Shown: in pieces, positions 1 to 9,009 of the stretch | Position numbering within the stretch: the stretch's first letter is position 1 | Layout of the letters: the number at the start of each line of letters is the position of its first letter | NCBI GenBank assembly: GCA_045863295.1 | Contig: BTWA01000023.1 | Coordinates: 1 to 64,000 of the forward strand | Direction: 5' to 3' | Source: Candidatus Hydrogenedentota bacterium | GTDB taxonomy: Bacteria; Hydrogenedentota; Hydrogenedentia; Hydrogenedentales; SLHB01 | DNA: 64,000 nt | Made by a program: the position numbers and the translations under genes | Notes under the pieces: model-generated | Database searches by the model: none | Told to the model about the DNA's origin: nothing | The model's input: only the letters and a program-made list of their open reading frames with translations

Positions 1-3000
1 CCCCGACGACAAGATATACGTCACCGACGACAGCCTGAATCCCAATATTCAGGTGTTCGATACCGACGGAAAATTCCTCGCGAAATGGTCCGGATTGCAT
101 GGCACCGTCGCGGTCACTATGAATTCACCCACCGGCATCGCTGTCGGACCGGATGGGTTCATTTACGTTATTGCCGAGGACTTGTACCAAATCAGGAAAT
201 ACTCACCGGCCGGTGCACTCGTGACTACCTGGGGTAGCCAGGGACAAAGCCAAGGTCAGTTCTTGTCACCCCAGGACATCACAGTCTCGCCGGACAATCA
301 CGTATTCGTCGTAGACGGAAATTTGAATCGCGTACAAAAGTTCAACGCGTCCGGCGCCTATTTGGCGGATTGGGGCACGTTTGACAGCGACGAGCGAAAA
401 CTCAACTCGCCTACATGCATACAAGCTTCGGATGACCTGCTCCTGGTTTCGACTCTGGTAATCAATGCCGCTGGAAACTACTACGAAATAAAAGTGTTCG
501 ATACGGACGGAAATTTCATCAGAGAATGGGGGGAAGGCGCTTCGGCGGTAAACCGGCTTGGGCGTGTTACAGGAATAGAAGTGACAAAGTCCGGAAGTAT
601 TTCCGTGACGGACTATGCCAATAGCCGAATCGCCACATTCGCTCCGGATGGACAACTCACCGCATTCTGGCAAAGCTCCGGCCTGGCAAACGGATACTTT
701 CGTCAGCCGGAAGGTGTCGCCGTGGGCCCCACTGGCGACGTCTTTGTCGCGGACACTCAAAACAACCGGATCCAGAAATTTGGCCCCAACGGCAACTTCA
801 TTACCCAATGGGGACAGGCGGGGACCGCAAACGGCCAATTCAACAAACCAACCGATATCGCAGTCGGTTCGGACGGCACGGTCTACGTTGTGGACTCCCT
901 GAACCACCGAATTCAAAAATTCACCAGCGCCGGCGTATACAATACAAAATGGGGAAGTTCCGGTACCGGCAACGGACAATTCTTCGGCATCCGGTGTGTA
1001 GCCGTTGCACCCAATGGAAACGTCTTCACCGGAGAATCCGGCCTCCCAAGGGTTCAAGTATTCAACTCCAGTGCGACACATCTTCTAACCTTCAGCACGA
1101 ATGTACAAGGCGGAGATACTGGACAAGTATTCGACATCGCTGTTGATGCGTCAGGCAATCCACACATTCTTCGAAATTGGGGTGTGAAGAAATACAACAG
1201 TGCCGGAACGTTCGTTTCGCAATTCGGAAGTTTTGGCAGCGCCAACGGCCAGTTCAACACAAACGGCGGCGGAATCGCCTTCGGACCGGATGGAACCATT
1301 TTCGTCGCCGATTTGGGCAACCATCGGATTCAACAGTTCAACGCCGCGGGCAGCTTTCTCAAAGCCTTCGGCGGTAAAGGCACAAACTTTGGCCAATTGA
1401 ATTTTCCGGAAGATGTAGCTGTCAATTCCGCCGGTCAGGTTTACGTCGTGGAATACAGCAACAACCGTGTCCAGAAATTCAAACCCGTCACACTCACCCA
1501 AAACGCAAAAGCCATCGTCGTCGCGGGAGGCGGACCCTATCCCGGCAACTACCTTTGGGAAGCGACCCAAGCCTCCGCAAACTTCGGCTACCGCGCGATG
1601 AACTTTCAGGGCTTTACCAAGGATACAATCCAATACCTCACTGCGGATACACAACTCGATCTCGACGACAACGGAGTCACTGACGACGTCGACGGAGACG
1701 CGACCCTCGCCAACCTCCAGAATGCGCTCACCGTGTGGGCTCCGGCGCAACTGAACGGCCTGCCCACCGGCGATGTCGTGCTCTATCTCGTCGATCACGG
1801 CGGCCCGGGAACGTTTCGCATGAGCGGCTCGGAAACGCTGGACGCCGCCACGCTCGCCGGTTGGCTCAATACACTTCAGGCAGGTATCCAAGGCAAGCTC
1901 ATCGTCGTATACGACGCATGCGAGTCCGGCAGTTTCATGACCGCGTTGTCCGGTTTTCCTGGCGATCGCATTGTCATTGCCAGCACCTCCGCCAATGAGC
2001 AGGCCTACTTCGTCAGCACTGGCACGGTCTCGTTCTCAAACTACTTCTGGACGCAGGTGTTCAATGGGCTCACTGTCCAGGAATCGTTCGACGCAGCCGT
2101 CGATGCCCTCGGGCAAACTTTCCAGTTCCAGACCCCGCTGCTCGATGACAACGGAAACGGCGCGGGCAACGACGCCGGCGACGGCGCGGCCGCGTCCACA
2201 ACCCACATCGGCAACGGAACACAATTGTTCTGGGAAGGCCCAACTATTGGATCCGTCTCGCCCACACAAACGATCGACGGCACCGCCACGGCCGCGCTCT
2301 GGGCCGATCCCGTCACGGACAGCGACGGTGTCGCGCGTGTTTGGGCCGTGATCCGCCCGCCGAATCTCCTGACCGGCGATTCGTCTAAACCAGTGACCGG
2401 GCTTCCAAGCGTGGACTTTGCACCCGCCGGCGGCAACCGGTGGGAGGCCGAGTACAGCGGATTCACGACCGAAGGCACCTACACCATCCTCGTCTACGCG
2501 CGCGACAGCGTCGGCAACACGTCCGCGCCGGTTCAGACGCAGGTGAACGTTCAAAACCCCCTGTCACGCAAGGCCCTGATCGTGGCGGGCGGAGACACCG
2601 CCGCCACCAACTGGCCCGCCGTGGAATCGGCGGCCATGGCCGTGTATTCAAGCCTGCGCTCCCAGGGGTACAGCGACGACGACATCTACTACCTCAGCCT
2701 GACCTCAACGGCCGGTGTCGACATCTTGACATCCAAAAGCAACATCGAATTCGCCGTCACGGACTGGACTTCAGCGGGCACCCAGGATTTCACGATGGCG
2801 ATCATTGGCCCCATGGTCCTTGGCGGGTGCCAATTGACTCCATCGGAATTCCTGCCTTGGAGCGAACTGGACGGCCGACTCGACCAATTGCAGACCACGT
2901 TGCCTGGTGTCGTGACCGTAGTCGCCGACGGCGACACTTGCGGCACCATCATCCCTCTGCTGCGCCCTGAAACCGGCAAGAAACGCATCCTGATCGCCAG

Positions 3001-6000
3001 CGCCTACGCAGGCCAATGCACAGGCGATTTCGCGGACGGCAACGCAAGCTTCACCCGTTTCTTCTTTGGCCAGGTCGCCAACGGAGCCACTGCCGGACAG
3101 GCCTTCGGCTTCGCCGCGCAGGCCATGCGCTTTGCCAACGGCCAGGAAGCCGCTCTCGACGATAACGGCGACGGCGTCTATCTGCCCGCGCAAGACGGCG
3201 CATTCGCGCGCAACTACTACATCGGCAACGGGATGCTCACCGCCGGCGATGAACCGCTCATCGGTTCCATTGTCGGAGATCAAACCTTGACTGGCCAAAC
3301 CACCGCGGAAATCTGGGTGGAACAAGTAAGCACTACCGGGACAATTGACCGCGTGCTGGCGCTCATCACGCCTACCGGCGGATGCTATTCCGTTCCCGTG
3401 GAATTGACCGCCGACGGCAACGGCCGTTACACAGGCGTATACGCCGGATTCGGACAAATCGGCACGTACAACGTAAGCGTCACCGCCATTGATACGAAAG
3501 GTCAGGAGTCGCAGCCCGCCGAAACCATCGTGACCCAGACCTCCGGCCCCGCAAACGCAAATCCCGATGACTACGAAACCGACGATACCCCTGCCCAGGC
3601 ACAATGGATCGGGGTCGATGCGTGGCCGGATCAACAACACAATCTTCACCAGTCCGGCGATGAGGATTGGGTCCAGTTTGCAGGAACCGCCGGCGCTTCC
3701 ATCACCATTGAAACCAACTATCTTGGCGTCAACAGCGACACGCTCGTGGAACTCTACCGGCCGGATGGCGTCACCCTGATCGATTCTAACGACAATCGAG
3801 GCGCGGGGGATGTCTCATCCCACCTGACGTGGACCGTCGATATCACTGCCAACTACTTCGTGCGTGTGCGATTCTCGCCCGATGGCCTCGGAGCGGGGTT
3901 CGGAGCGGCCACCGAGTACAGCCTGCGCGTCTGGCGCGAGGCGGGCCCCTCGTTGCCGGGCAATCTGCACGTGGCAGTGGTGAACAGCGCAATAGCACCG
4001 GTCCCGGGCGCCTCGATTGCACTCGTCAATCAATCCACCTTCATCAGCGTCCAGCTTGCCGCGTTTGCGAACGGCACCTACTACTTCGCGGGCCTCGACG
4101 CAGGTCTCTACACGCTTTCGGCCACGGCGTCCGGCTACCAACCGTCCGCGCCCGCCTCTATCAACATTACAAGCGGATTGACGATCAACCAACAGATCAC
4201 CCTGCAACTCACTACCGGCTCCATCCAGACTACCCTCACACCCGCCGGCGCGAACACGGCGGGGGCGCAATGGCGCGTGGACAGCGGGGCGTGGCAGAAC
4301 AGCGGCACCAGCGTATCCGGGCTAAATCCCGGCTCATACACGGTGTCGTTCAAAGACGTCAGCGGCTGGATCACGCCCGCAAGCCAGAACGCTATTGTAA
4401 CGGCGGGCAACACCACGAACGTGAACGCGACGTACGTGGAAACTGGATCCGTGCAGGTGACCATTGAACCCTCCGGCGCGGTGACGGCCGGCGCGCAATG
4501 GCGCGTGGACGGCGGATCATGGCAGAACAGCGGCACAACCGTGAACAACCTCGCGCCCGGCGCGCACACGATTTCCTTCGGCACCATCGCCGGCTGGAAT
4601 ACGCCCGCGGATCAGAACGTGACCGTGGTTTCCGGGGAGACCGCGCAAACGACCGGCACGTACACCTTGAAGGTGGGTGCGCTGAGCGTGACCATTGCTC
4701 CCGCAGGCGCGATAGCGGCGGGGGCGAAGTGGCGCGTGGACGGCGGCGCCCCGCAGGACAGCGGCGCAACGGTGAGCGGCTTGCCCATCGGCGATCACAC
4801 GCTCTCGTTCGACGCCCTCGCGAATTGGGACGCCCCCGCAAACAAGACGGTAACCATCAGCGAAGGCGCCACCAGCAACGACTCCGGCACCTACATACGG
4901 CACACCGGATCGATTCAAATCACGATCGAACCGGCAGAGGCCGCGGCGGCAGGCGCACAGTGGCAGGTAAACGGCGGCACATTCTTCAATAGTGGAGATT
5001 CTTTCGCCGGTTTGGCCGTGGGACAGCACAATGTCGACTTTAGTTCAGTCGTCGGTTGGGCAAAACCTGGAACGATAACGGTCACGATTGTTAGAGACGA
5101 ACTTACGAGTGAGACAGGTATATACGCTAAAAACAGGGGCTCGATCACAACGATTATCGAGCCCGCGGGGGCGGTCACGGCGGGTGCGCAGTGGCGCGTC
5201 GACGGCGGGGCTTGGCAAAACAGCGGCTCGACGCAATCCGATATCGCGCCTGGCAGTCACATCGTGCAGTTCAAACCGGTGACGGACTGGACCACGCCTG
5301 ATGATCAGAACGTCACGGTTACGTCCGGTGAAGACGAACCGGTCACCGGCGTCTACGCGCAACACACCGGCTCGATACTCGTAAATATTACACCCGCCGA
5401 AGCGGTAAGCGCGGGCGCGCAATGGAAGCTCGACGATGAATCCACATGGCGCAACAGCGGCACCACCGCCACCGGCGTGACGGTGGGCAACCACGCCGTC
5501 TCGTTCAAATCCGTCGACGGCTGGGTCACGCCCACGGTGCAACTCGCCACCGTGACCAAGGACCAGGTGTCCACGAATGGTGGAACCTACGTGCGCGCCA
5601 CGATTGCCAAGCCCACGAATCTCCAAGCCAGCGACGGCACGTTCACGGACAAGGTGCAACTCACGTGGACCGGCGTCGCCGGCGCGACCAGCTACAGAAT
5701 CTTCCGCGCAAGCACGTGGGACGGCGGTGAAGCCACCACCATAGGCACCACAAGCGGCACCACCTACGACGACTTCACGGCGGCTCCGCCCACGACGACG
5801 CCTCCGCCCAGCGGCGGATGCGGCGGCAGTGGCGGCCCCGGCGAAACGAACTACGTGCTCTACATTTACTGGGTGCAGGCCCTCGGTGCGGGCGGCATCG
5901 AAAGCGATTGGTGCGATCCCAATGACGGCTACCGAGGCGGCACGGCCAAGCTCAACGACTGGTTCGACGCGCCAATACTCACGGTTTACGAACGCGCCCT

Positions 6001-6730
6001 GCCGTCGGCAATGCTGGACGACGGCACCCGTGCCGCACGACCCAACGACTCACTCGCGGTACGCATGCGCGCCGACGATGCCATCGATCCCGAATCACTG
6101 GCCGTGAGCATCGAAGGCGTGCGCGCGGACGACGTCACCGTCGAATGGATGCCGGTAGGCAACGAAGCCAACGATGGCTGGGCCGTCGTACGCCACACCT
6201 CCGAATGGCCCGTGGGTACAACTATTACCCTCAGCGCTGAAGCCACAACCGATGCGGGCGAAGTTCACCAAAGCGATACGATTACCTTCACCATCGTGCC
6301 GCAAGACACAGTGTTGTCCGATCCGCCTGCAATGGACAACGCCCTCGGCGAAACCTACATCACCGAAGCCACCGGCCCATTCGCCACTCCGTTGGAAATC
6401 CGCATCCCCGTGCCCGAGGGCCACGATCCAAGCACCCTCGCGCTCTACTACTACCTCGTTGATGGCGAGAATGCCGGCTGGCGCCCTGTCGAAAATGTAG
6501 TGGGATTGTTACAAGAACCGGCCACGGTGCAGCGGACAATCGATGATCGAGTATGGATACTCGGCACAATGCATGGCGGTTCATTGTGCATCGCACGGGT
6601 GCAAGCACTCGCTCCACCTGCCGCATCAGGCATGGCCATCCCAGGATTCACCGGCGGTGTCTTCGTATTGCTATGCGCGGCGGCGACACTAGTCGCACTT
6701 TCGACGAGGCGCAAACTGCCAGACTACTGA
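1..6730 (+). CDS. Large surface/secreted multidomain protein: NHL-repeat beta-propellers, two peptidase C13/caspase-like domains (first intact, second degenerate), PPC-like and Ig/FnIII-like repeats, C-terminal TM anchor; 5' end outside the window
   Basis: Frame is open from base 2. Repeated 'P.GVAVGP.G.V(F/Y)VAD..NNRIQKF' NHL units. His/Cys dyad motifs 'YLVDHGG' and 'YDACESG'. About 6 repeats of 'GS(I/V).V.I.P..A..AGAQW(R)VDGG.WQNSG'. Hydrophobic C-terminus followed by RRK. Confidence 0.85.
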   Translation, partial: PDDKIYVTDDSLNPNIQVFDTDGKFLAKWSGLHGTVAVTMNSPTGIAVGPDGFIYVIAEDLYQIRKYSPAGALVTTWGSQGQSQGQFLSPQDITVSPDNHVFVVDGNLNRVQKFNASGAYLADWGTFDSDERKLNSPTCIQASDDLLLVSTLVINAAGNYYEIKVFDTDGNFIREWGEGASAVNRLGRVTGIEVTKSGSISVTDYANSRIATFAPDGQLTAFWQSSGLANGYFRQPEGVAVGPTGDVFVADTQNNRIQKFGPNGNFITQWGQAGTANGQFNKPTDIAVGSDGTVYVVDSLNHRIQKFTSAGVYNTKWGSSGTGNGQFFGIRCVAVAPNGNVFTGESGLPRVQVFNSSATHLLTFSTNVQGGDTGQVFDIAVDASGNPHILRNWGVKKYNSAGTFVSQFGSFGSANGQFNTNGGGIAFGPDGTIFVADLGNHRIQQFNAAGSFLKAFGGKGTNFGQLNFPEDVAVNSAGQVYVVEYSNNRVQKFKPVTLTQNAKAIVVAGGGPYPGNYLWEATQASANFGYRAMNFQGFTKDTIQYLTADTQLDLDDNGVTDDVDGDATLANLQNALTVWAPAQLNGLPTGDVVLYLVDHGGPGTFRMSGSETLDAATLAGWLNTLQAGIQGKLIVVYDACESGSFMTALSGFPGDRIVIASTSANEQAYFVSTGTVSFSNYFWTQVFNGLTVQESFDAAVDALGQTFQFQTPLLDDNGNGAGNDAGDGAAASTTHIGNGTQLFWEGPTIGSVSPTQTIDGTATAALWADPVTDSDGVARVWAVIRPPNLLTGDSSKPVTGLPSVDFAPAGGNRWEAEYSGFTTEGTYTILVYARDSVGNTSAPVQTQVNVQNPLSRKALIVAGGDTAATNWPAVESAAMAVYSSLRSQGYSDDDIYYLSLTSTAGVDILTSKSNIEFAVTDWTSAGTQDFTMAIIGPMVLGGCQLTPSEFLPWSELDGRLDQLQTTLPGVVTVVADGDTCGTIIPLLRPETGKKRILIASAYAGQCTGDFADGNASFTRFFFGQVANGATAGQAFGFAAQAMRFANGQEAALDDNGDGVYLPAQDGAFARNYYIGNGMLTAGDEPLIGSIVGDQTLTGQTTAEIWVEQVSTTGTIDRVLALITPTGGCYSVPVELTADGNGRYTGVYAGFGQIGTYNVSVTAIDTKGQESQPAETIVTQTSGPANANPDDYETDDTPAQAQWIGVDAWPDQQHNLHQSGDEDWVQFAGTAGASITIETNYLGVNSDTLVELYRPDGVTLIDSNDNRGAGDVSSHLTWTVDITANYFVRVRFSPDGLGAGFGAATEYSLRVWREAGPSLPGNLHVAVVNSAIAPVPGASIALVNQSTFISVQLAAFANGTYYFAGLDAGLYTLSATASGYQPSAPASINITSGLTINQQITLQLTTGSIQTTLTPAGANTAGAQWRVDSGAWQNSGTSVSGLNPGSYTVSFKDVSGWITPASQNAIVTAGNTTNVNATYVETGSVQVTIEPSGAVTAGAQWRVDGGSWQNSGTTVNNLAPGAHTISFGTIAGWNTPADQNVTVVSGETAQTTGTYTLKVGALSVTIAPAGAIAAGAKWRVDGGAPQDSGATVSGLPIGDHTLSFDALANWDAPANKTVTISEGATSNDSGTYIRHTGSIQITIEPAEAAAAGAQWQVNGGTFFNSGDSFAGLAVGQHNVDFSSVVGWAKPGTITVTIVRDELTSETGIYAKNRGSITTIIEPAGAVTAGAQWRVDGGAWQNSGSTQSDIAPGSHIVQFKPVTDWTTPDDQNVTVTSGEDEPVTGVYAQHTGSILVNITPAEAVSAGAQWKLDDESTWRNSGTTATGVTVGNHAVSFKSVDGWVTPTVQLATVTKDQVSTNGGTYVRATIAKPTNLQASDGTFTDKVQLTWTGVAGATSYRIFRASTWDGGEATTIGTTSGTTYDDFTAAPPTTTPPPSGGCGGSGGPGETNYVLYIYWVQALGAGGIESDWCDPNDGYRGGTAKLNDWFDAPILTVYERALPSAMLDDGTRAARPNDSLAVRMRADDAIDPESLAVSIEGVRADDVTVEWMPVGNEANDGWAVVRHTSEWPVGTTITLSAEATTDAGEVHQSDTITFTIVPQDTVLSDPPAMDNALGETYITEATGPFATPLEIRIPVPEGHDPSTLALYYYLVDGENAGWRPVENVVGLLQEPATVQRTIDDRVWILGTMHGGSLCIARVQALAPPAASGMAIPGFTGGVFVLLCAAATLVALSTRRKLPDY

Positions 6731-7434
6731 AAAGACACACCTTCTCCCTGGGTGCGTAAACTCTTTATGGCAGCACGTGTTCGCGCCTGAACCAGGTAAA
6801 ATGCCCAACCAATGCCAGCGCCGAAACCAAGTCCGTAACATGCGCCCCACAGCGTGTGGGCCAGTAAGCTCCGCGATTCGTTCGAGAGGGGAAGCCCATC
6901 GGCGCGCAATACCGCCGCGTCAACGGCGCCCCCGGCAAAATAGCCGGCGGCATTCATCCCAAAAAGAACCACGATAATCCGAAACCCACATTGTAGATTG
7001 TCGAAGGCGTACGCAATGATCAATCCCATCAAGACGGTGCCCGCCACCAATCCAACAAGACTGCCCACATGCCCCTGCAAGGATACCCATGCAAGTATCC
7101 AAGCTGCCGAATACACCGTGAAGGCTATGGAAAACACACCATAGAACCGGATAAGCGCGCCAGGACCGATGATCAGGCGGTGCATGACTGCACCGGAACC
7201 CGCCACAAACACCCCCGCGCACACAACGTACAGTCCCGCTTCACCAAGGTGCCGGTAGAGTGGCGCGCCAAAAACGGCCCACGGTGCAAAACCCAACACG
7301 CTGACCACGGTAAATCCTAAAGCGCCCCTAAAAATCGAACTGAAAAGACTGGGTGCCGCCACAGGAACGCCCGCGCTTCTAGTGCGCTGAACCACGCTCT
7401 CTGTATCCAATTGAATCCGACGCATCGCTCGCAT
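6724..7434 (-). CDS. Hypothetical multi-pass membrane protein
   Basis: 236-aa ORF with about 6 hydrophobic segments; converges on and overlaps the stop of the preceding gene. Confidence 0.7.
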   Translation of the reverse strand: MRAMRRIQLDTESVVQRTRSAGVPVAAPSLFSSIFRGALGFTVVSVLGFAPWAVFGAPLYRHLGEAGLYVVCAGVFVAGSGAVMHRLIIGPGALIRFYGVFSIAFTVYSAAWILAWVSLQGHVGSLVGLVAGTVLMGLIIAYAFDNLQCGFRIIVVLFGMNAAGYFAGGAVDAAVLRADGLPLSNESRSLLAHTLWGACYGLGFGAGIGWAFYLVQARTRAAIKSLRTQGEGVSFQ

Positions 7435-7525
7435 TTGCCGTCCTCATGAATGCGATCCACACACGCGAATCCCTCACACCTCGTGCATCCAGGGAAACCT
7501 CATTGAGGGAACTCCGCGATTCCGA

Positions 7526-8812
7526 CTACGCGCTCCAATTCCGCGCAGGCCGACGGCGAAGCCCGTTGGCCTCCTCATCCCCCACAAAAGTTTCGGTCAC
7601 CGGATCTAACGTCAGTGTGCGATTCAACAGCCAGGATAGCGACGCGGCATGACACGCGATATGGGAGCGCCGCATCACTTCCGCGTTGGCCACGGTAGGC
7701 GTGCGAGAACGAATGCAATCGTAAAAATTGCGGGCATGCTCAAACACATCGAGCCCCGATCCGGCTTCCGGCAACGATGGCAACTCTTTTCGCAACGCCT
7801 CAGAGGAAACCTCAATCCCGCCGCTGTCACCCACCTCTACCCAGCCCTCGTCGCCCTCAAAACGCACGGGACACGTTCCCAGATGCTGTATCCACCCTGG
7901 ACGCGCCTCAAAAGGCGTCTCTAAAAAATGAATCTTCAGCATAACGCCACTTGCGTAGGTCGCCGTAATGCCGGTCTCCCCGGGAACAAACTCAATCGGC
8001 ATCGTATCGTCGGACTTGCCGGCCCACTGGCAAAGGTCGATCGTATGCGCGCCCCAATCCAACAGTCGTGCACCCGACTCAAAATCGTAGTGTGCCCGCC
8101 ATCCGCCATCCACGTACTGTTTGTTGTATGGGCGCCAAGGCGCAGGACCCAACCACAAATTCCAATCCACCACGTCCCGGTTGGGCGTCGGCTCTCCAGG
8201 CAGCCACTCCGTCTTGAATTCCGGCCGATACACACTGGCGTGCAAGGTATGGATTCTTCCCAGCTTTCCTGAATGCGCCAACCCGACCGCCGCCTTAAAG
8301 TTGGCCACACTTCGCCGTTGCGTGCCCGCTTGGAATATACGCCCTGTACGCTGGATCGTAGCAGACAGATCCTGGCACAACCCGATCGTCAACCCGCACG
8401 GTTTTTCGCTGTACACGTCTTTTCCAGATTCCGCGGCCAGCATCGACGCCGTCGCATGCCAACGATCGCCCGTCGCAATCAACACCGCATCTATGTCGTC
8501 TCGCGCGAGCAACTCCCGAAAATCCCGGTACTCAGCGCAATCTGCCGTACCGTACTTCTCATCGACAAATTTCTTGCCCGCCGCCCGCCGTTCCGCCTGC
8601 ACGTCGCATACCGCCACACACTGCACATCCGCATGCTCCATCATCGCAGGCAACACATACCGGCACCGCGGCCCCAGTCCAATCACCCCGAGTGCAATGC
8701 GGTCGTTTGGTGTTGCCGCGCTCGTAACTATATTCAACCCCGGGGCTAATGCTCCCGCCGCAATCGCTTGGCGAGCAAAGTACCTCCGCGTGATTGGTAC
8801 ATGTGACAGCAT
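7526..8812 (-). CDS. Gfo/Idh/MocA family oxidoreductase, Tat-exported
   Basis: 'TRRYF' twin-arginine motif; 'GVIGLG', 'DAVLIATGDRWH', 'DVYSEKP', 'GTQRRS', 'DWGAH'. Confidence 0.92.
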   Translation of the reverse strand: MLSHVPITRRYFARQAIAAGALAPGLNIVTSAATPNDRIALGVIGLGPRCRYVLPAMMEHADVQCVAVCDVQAERRAAGKKFVDEKYGTADCAEYRDFRELLARDDIDAVLIATGDRWHATASMLAAESGKDVYSEKPCGLTIGLCQDLSATIQRTGRIFQAGTQRRSVANFKAAVGLAHSGKLGRIHTLHASVYRPEFKTEWLPGEPTPNRDVVDWNLWLGPAPWRPYNKQYVDGGWRAHYDFESGARLLDWGAHTIDLCQWAGKSDDTMPIEFVPGETGITATYASGVMLKIHFLETPFEARPGWIQHLGTCPVRFEGDEGWVEVGDSGGIEVSSEALRKELPSLPEAGSGLDVFEHARNFYDCIRSRTPTVANAEVMRRSHIACHAASLSWLLNRTLTLDPVTETFVGDEEANGLRRRPARNWSA

Positions 8813-9009
8813 GGAAATGCCCCCTTGTATAAAACGCCATTGTTACCAGTTTCCGCACACTCAGACTAAGGAGGGGACCGAGGGAATGCAAACGCCGGTT
8901 ACCGGCTGACTGTGTTACCATTCGTCGTCAATTTGCGAAATCATGAGCAAAAAGAACATGCTCTCACTGGATGGAATCGGGGACCATCGTTGCATTGGGG
9001 GAAATACGC

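Noticed and set aside
4200..5600. ~230-bp imperfect DNA repeats as a possible DGR template/variable pair
   Set aside because: They are in-frame protein domain repeats without an evident adenine-specific pattern, and no reverse transcriptase is present.
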